DNA from: Scyliorhinus canicula
Lineage: Eukaryota
Direction of reading: 5' to 3'
DNA: 64,000 bases
Assembly (NCBI RefSeq): GCF_902713615.1
Contig: NC_052172.1
Coordinates: forward strand, 17,951,327-18,015,326
Below, piece by piece: positions 59,503 to 64,000 of the stretch. The notes below the pieces were generated by a model that was not told the DNA's origin, ran no database searches, and saw only the letters and a list, made by a program, of their open reading frames with translations. A program made the translations under genes and the position numbers. The number at the start of each line of letters is the position of its first letter. Position 1 is the stretch's first letter.

Positions 59503-62223
59503 CTGAGGGGCACACCGAGGAACGATTGCACAGTGCTGAAAAGACGGCCGTGCCGCCGAAGCTTTCCGTCTCGCGCTCATCGGGACAAATGCAAGAATGC
59601 CAAATTTCAAACAGCGAGGGGGGGGGGCTTTTCCTCCGGTGTGTAGGCTGCCGGGCTGGGTGGAGGAGGGTGGGCGATGAATGAACTAGCTGCTTGCTGG
59701 CTTTCTGGCAAGTGGCTTAGGACAGTTGTTTCGGTTTGACCATTACAAAGTTCCATTCAAACCACTACAAGGGGACATAAATTTAAGGTGAACAGTGGAG
59801 GATATAGGGGGAGGTCAGAGGTAGGTTCTTTACCCAGAGAGTAGTGGGGGCATGGAATGCACTGCCTGTGGAAGTAGTAGAGTCGGAAACATTAGGGACC
59901 TTCAAGCGGCTATTGGATAGGTACATGGATTATGGTAGAATAATGGATTGTAGATTATTTTTTTCTTAAGGGCAGCAGGGTAGCATTGTGGATAGCACAA
60001 TTGCTTCACAGCTCCAGGGTCCCAGGTTCGATTCCGGCTTGGGTCACTGCGTGGAGTCTGCACATCCTCCCAGTGTGTGCGTGGGTTTCCTCCGGGTGCT
60101 CCGGTTTCCACCCACGGTCCAAAGATGCGCAGGTTGGGTGGATTGGCCATGATAAATTGGCCCTTAGTGTCCAAAATTCTGTGATAATCTATGATTAACC
60201 TAGGACAAAAGTTCGGCACAACATCGTGGGCCGAAGGGCCTGTTGTGCTGTATTTCTCTATGTTCTAATTTGGACTGCAGGATAGAAGGGAGCTCATTGG
60301 TTGGCAAGCCGACTCTGATTGGCCGAGGCATTGTCATGGGAAAGCAACAGGAAACAATAGGCTCCCCAATCTCAAGGATAATACAGAAAGGCAGGAGGTT
60401 TGAACATAGTCCTTTTGTCTGCAGAGAACAAGACTCTTTTTATGAATGTATGTCACTTCTAGCAAGCCTAAAAGAGCCACATTACAAGCTTTATTGATCA
60501 CCTTGAATTGGTTTAAGTACAGCTATTAGTGCACTCAGGATTGTTCAGTAGGTGCTGCCCAATTGCAGGAATCACATCTTAGGATAGATGTTTTGATTTG
60601 GGTTACGTTCACATATGCTGGGCAGCACGGTGGCGCAGTGGTTAGCACTGCTGCCTCACGTGCCAAGGTCCCAAGTTGGATCCCGGCCATGGATGGAGTT
60701 TCCTCAGGGTGCTCCGGTTTCCTCCCACAAGTCCAAAGATGTAGTTAGGGGGATTGGCCGTGCTAAACTGCCTCTTAGTGTCACAAAGATGTGCAGGTTG
60801 GGTTACGGGGGTAGGGTGGACGAGTGAGTCGAGGCAGAGTGCTCTTTCGGAGGGTCGGTGGAGACCCGATGGGCCAAATGGCTTCCTTCTTAGGGCAGCA
60901 CGGTAGCATAGTGGTTAGCACAATTGTTTCAGAGCTCCAGGGTCAAGTGTTCGATTCCCGGCTTGGGTCACTGTCTGTGCGGAGTCTGTACGTTCTCCCC
61001 GTGTCTGCGTGGGTTTCCTCCGGGTGCTCCGGTTTCCTCCCACAGTCCAAAGATGTGCAGATTAGGTGGATTGGCCGTGCTAAATTGCCCTTAGTGTCCA
61101 AAATTGCCTTTAGTGTTGGGTGTGGGTACTGGGATAGGGTGGAGGAGTGGGGTTGGGTGGGGTGCTCTTTCCAAGAGCCGGTGCAGACTCGGTGGGCCAA
61201 ACGGCCTCCTTCTGCACGGTAGGGATTCCATCGATTCTAGGCAGAGTTAATTCTTTCAAAGACCAATATGAGCCACAGATGAATATTGATAATGGAGGGA
61301 AGAATGGGCTAAAAAAAAAAAGGAGTCAACAGGGGGGTGGTCCATTTTGGTTGTAAAAAAAACAGTAATTATCCTCGGAATAGAGGCTGGCTCGTTATGG
61401 TGGGAGAACAGGAGGGCAATTAGGAATGGCAATAAATGCTAGATCTGTCCTTGTCCCAGGAATAAATACAATACATAAATGAGAAAAAAAGTACTATTTG
61501 TTACAATAGTGCAGATTAAAATGATGAAAGGATTGGAAATGGTAGATAAAAGCAGCCTGTTCTCAGTAGTTGAGTGGTCAAGAGATTAAGTATAGGAGGT
61601 TTAGGGCAGCACGGTGGAGCAGTGGTTAGCACTGCTGCTTCACGCCGCTGTGGCCCTGGGTCCGATCCCGGCTCTGGGTCACTGTCTGTGTGAAGTCTGC
61701 ACAATCTCCCCGTGTCTGCATGGGTCTCGCCCCCACAACCTAAATATGTGCAGGGTAGGTGGATTGGCCAGGCTAAATTGCCCCGTAATTGGAAAAAGTA
61801 AATTGGGCACTCTCAATTTATTAAAACAAATAAAAATTTTATGAGGTTTAGAAGAAGGTGCGAGATAACATTTTTTTTAGGGTTGGGCAATGAGGCAGAA
61901 TTTAGGTCAACATCCAGTATTGCGTAGGGTAAAGCGAAAGTGTTAAAGGGGTATGGATTCAGCAGCGGAGCTCCAACAGGGGCTGGTTGCTGTGCCGTGT
62001 TTGGCATATTGTAATTTCTAAGTACGGTCGAGGGTCGAATGCCTCCGCTTGAGGGCCCCAGACACGAGCCAAATCCTGGCTGCATGCCGTCGTAATACTA
62101 CCTCGAGGAGAGTGGAGACTCTGCTCGTAGTGGGGAAATGCAAGGTATATAGTGTCAATGCCAAATTAAATTTGGGGAGATGGTTGGAGTGGAGCAGAGA
62201 GGAGGGGAAAAAAAGAGACTCAC

Positions 62224-62376
62224 TCTGATCTCAGCCGCCTGAGCTCGGAGTCGCGGTAATCCTTGCCCTGCTTCGATCTCGCCGAGGCGAGTTCTTCCTT
62301 CAGTCCTCGGATTATTTTCTGGAGGGCGACCGGATCTGGCTTCCCTGCGTACGGTAACGGCAGCGGGTAGTGTATT
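62224..62376 (-). CDS. CCDC61: CCDC61 internal exon (upstream exons lie right of the window)
   Basis: IHYPLPLPYAGKPDPVALQKIIRGLKEEL matches CCDC61 IHYPLPLPYQGKPDPVVLQGIIRSLKEEL. Donor gtgagt. Not in the ORF track. Confidence 0.95.
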
Positions 62377-63182
62377 CTGCAGACATCGGAAAGAAGGATC
62401 AGAGAGAGAGAGAGAGAGAGAGAGAAGCAGCTTCGATCATTTCAATCTTTGAAATTCTCTCCTCCAGTGGGTGGAGGGGTGGGGGAGAGGGGGGGCTGGG
62501 TCCGACTAACGTTTGACTGACAAGGGAGTCAATGGTGATGGGGGATCAGAAAGGAGAGTGGATGCGAGTCCACAATCAGATCAACCATAATATGGGCGGC
62601 ACGCTGGCACAGCGGTTAGCACAGCTCCAGGGTTCAATTCCGGCCTCGGGCGACTGTCTGTGGGGAGTCTGCACGTTCTCCCCGTGTCTGCGTGGGTTTC
62701 CTCCGGGTGCTCCGGTTTCCTCCCACAGTCCAAAGATGCTCAGGTTAGGTGGATTGGGCAAGCTAAACCTTCCCCTCAGTGTCCAATGATGTGGTGAGGT
62801 GGGGTTGCGGGATTCGGGTGGAGGGCTGGGCCTAGTAGGGGGCTCTTTCAGAGGGTCGGCGCAGATTCGATGGGCCGAATAGCCTTCAGCTGCACTGCAG
62901 AGACTCTACGATGAACTGAATGAAGGCCAGGCTCGAGGAACTGAATGGCCTCGTCCTATCTCTCGTGATTTTAGGTTCACTGTTTGAGTCAGACAGTGAA
63001 AGGACGGCAGGTTTCCTTTGCTGAAAGGAATCAGTTGGGTTCAGGTGATCCATCAGTTTTGTGGCCATATTGAAATTGTCGCTGCTTTCTGTTTCCAGAT
63101 TCCACCATGATGGAAGTTTGAATTTACATTCCCCAAGTTATTAATACAAGGCACTGGGCTATCAATGGTTAAGATGATAGAT

Positions 63183-63364
63183 GGGTGAATTCTCCGCCGG
63201 CCGGATTCTCCGTTCCGCCGCTAACCCATCCCCGCCCACGGGTTTCCCGGGGATGTGGCGTAGCTACAATGGAAATCCTGTTGGCCAGCAGCGGGAATAC
63301 AGAATCCCGATGCAGACGCCGCCCCGCCGAGGACCATGCGGCTGGGGAGGGGGAGAAATCACCC
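63183..63364. mobile_element. Short GC-rich MITE
   Basis: TIRs gggtgaattctcc / ggagaaatcaccc (1 mismatch). Interior resembles 2310-2660. Confidence 0.65.
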
Positions 63365-64000
63365 CAGTGAAATCACAATGACTCAAACTCAGAGGACATG
63401 AAGTTTCAACGATGCCTGTGGTAAGCCGGAATTCCGCAACGGCAACTCTGGATTAGCCGGACTTGCCTACGCTGGCCACGTGACCCTCCTGACCAATCAG
63501 AGCAGAGTTAGGCCACACAAGAGCGCAAAATCACAGAGTGCTGGGCAAGCCATCATGTGACATCAAGATCTCCTTGTAAAAAGAAGTGCTGAAACCTGCG
63601 AGGACGGCCAAACGTGTGAGAAAGTCAAAAGAAGCTGATGTGGCGAGTGGAAAACCACGTACGAGGTGGCAAGCACTCAACGCAAAGGGGCGGGATCATG
63701 TTTGTCGGCATAAGTACAGTGGTTAGCACTGCTGCCTCACGCCGCCAGGGACCCTGGTTCGATTCCAACCTCGGGTGACTGTGCGGAGTCTGCACGTTCT
63801 CCCTGTGTGTGTGGGTTTCCTCTGGGTGCTCCAGTCCCCACCTCCCCCACAGGCCAAAGGTGTGCAGGTTAAGTGGATTGGGCGTGCCAAATTGCCCCTT
63901 AGTGTCCAAACGGTTAGGTGGGGTTACAGGGAAATGGGCGGGGGTGGAAGCCTAGGTTAGGGTGTTCTTTCGCAGGGTCGATGCAGTCCTGATGGGCCGA

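Overview
Eukaryotic, repeat-rich vertebrate genomic DNA with several N gaps. The SINE/LINE content points to a cartilaginous fish, probably a catshark (inference). Four spliced protein-coding genes can be rebuilt by hand with phase-consistent GT-AG junctions. (1) MRPL28 (-): first coding exon 307-594 and a CpG-island promoter near 1.9-2.1 kb. (2) A complete two-coding-exon SLC30A1/SLC30A10-like cation diffusion facilitator (-; 20783-20291 and 9474-8834, 377 aa), whose transmembrane metal site has lost 3 of 4 canonical ligands. (3) OPA3 (+; 31556-31697 and 34649-34974, 155 aa), with a second, truncated copy of exon 2 including its splice acceptor at 33935-34124. (4) The last ten coding exons of CCDC61 (-; 62376 down to 42922). 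The rest is mostly tRNA/V-domain SINEs with interchangeable tails, DeuSINE-like copies, CR1, L1 and Rex1-type LINE remnants, two solo LTRs, hAT and GC-rich MITEs, and Penelope-like foldbacks carrying decayed minimal hammerhead motifs. There are also a 5' half of tRNA-Pro and several minisatellites; two 33-bp arrays grew out of DeuSINE-like copies. Most long ORFs in the supplied track are repeat or gap artefacts. All identifications are by recognition from memory and no database search was run.
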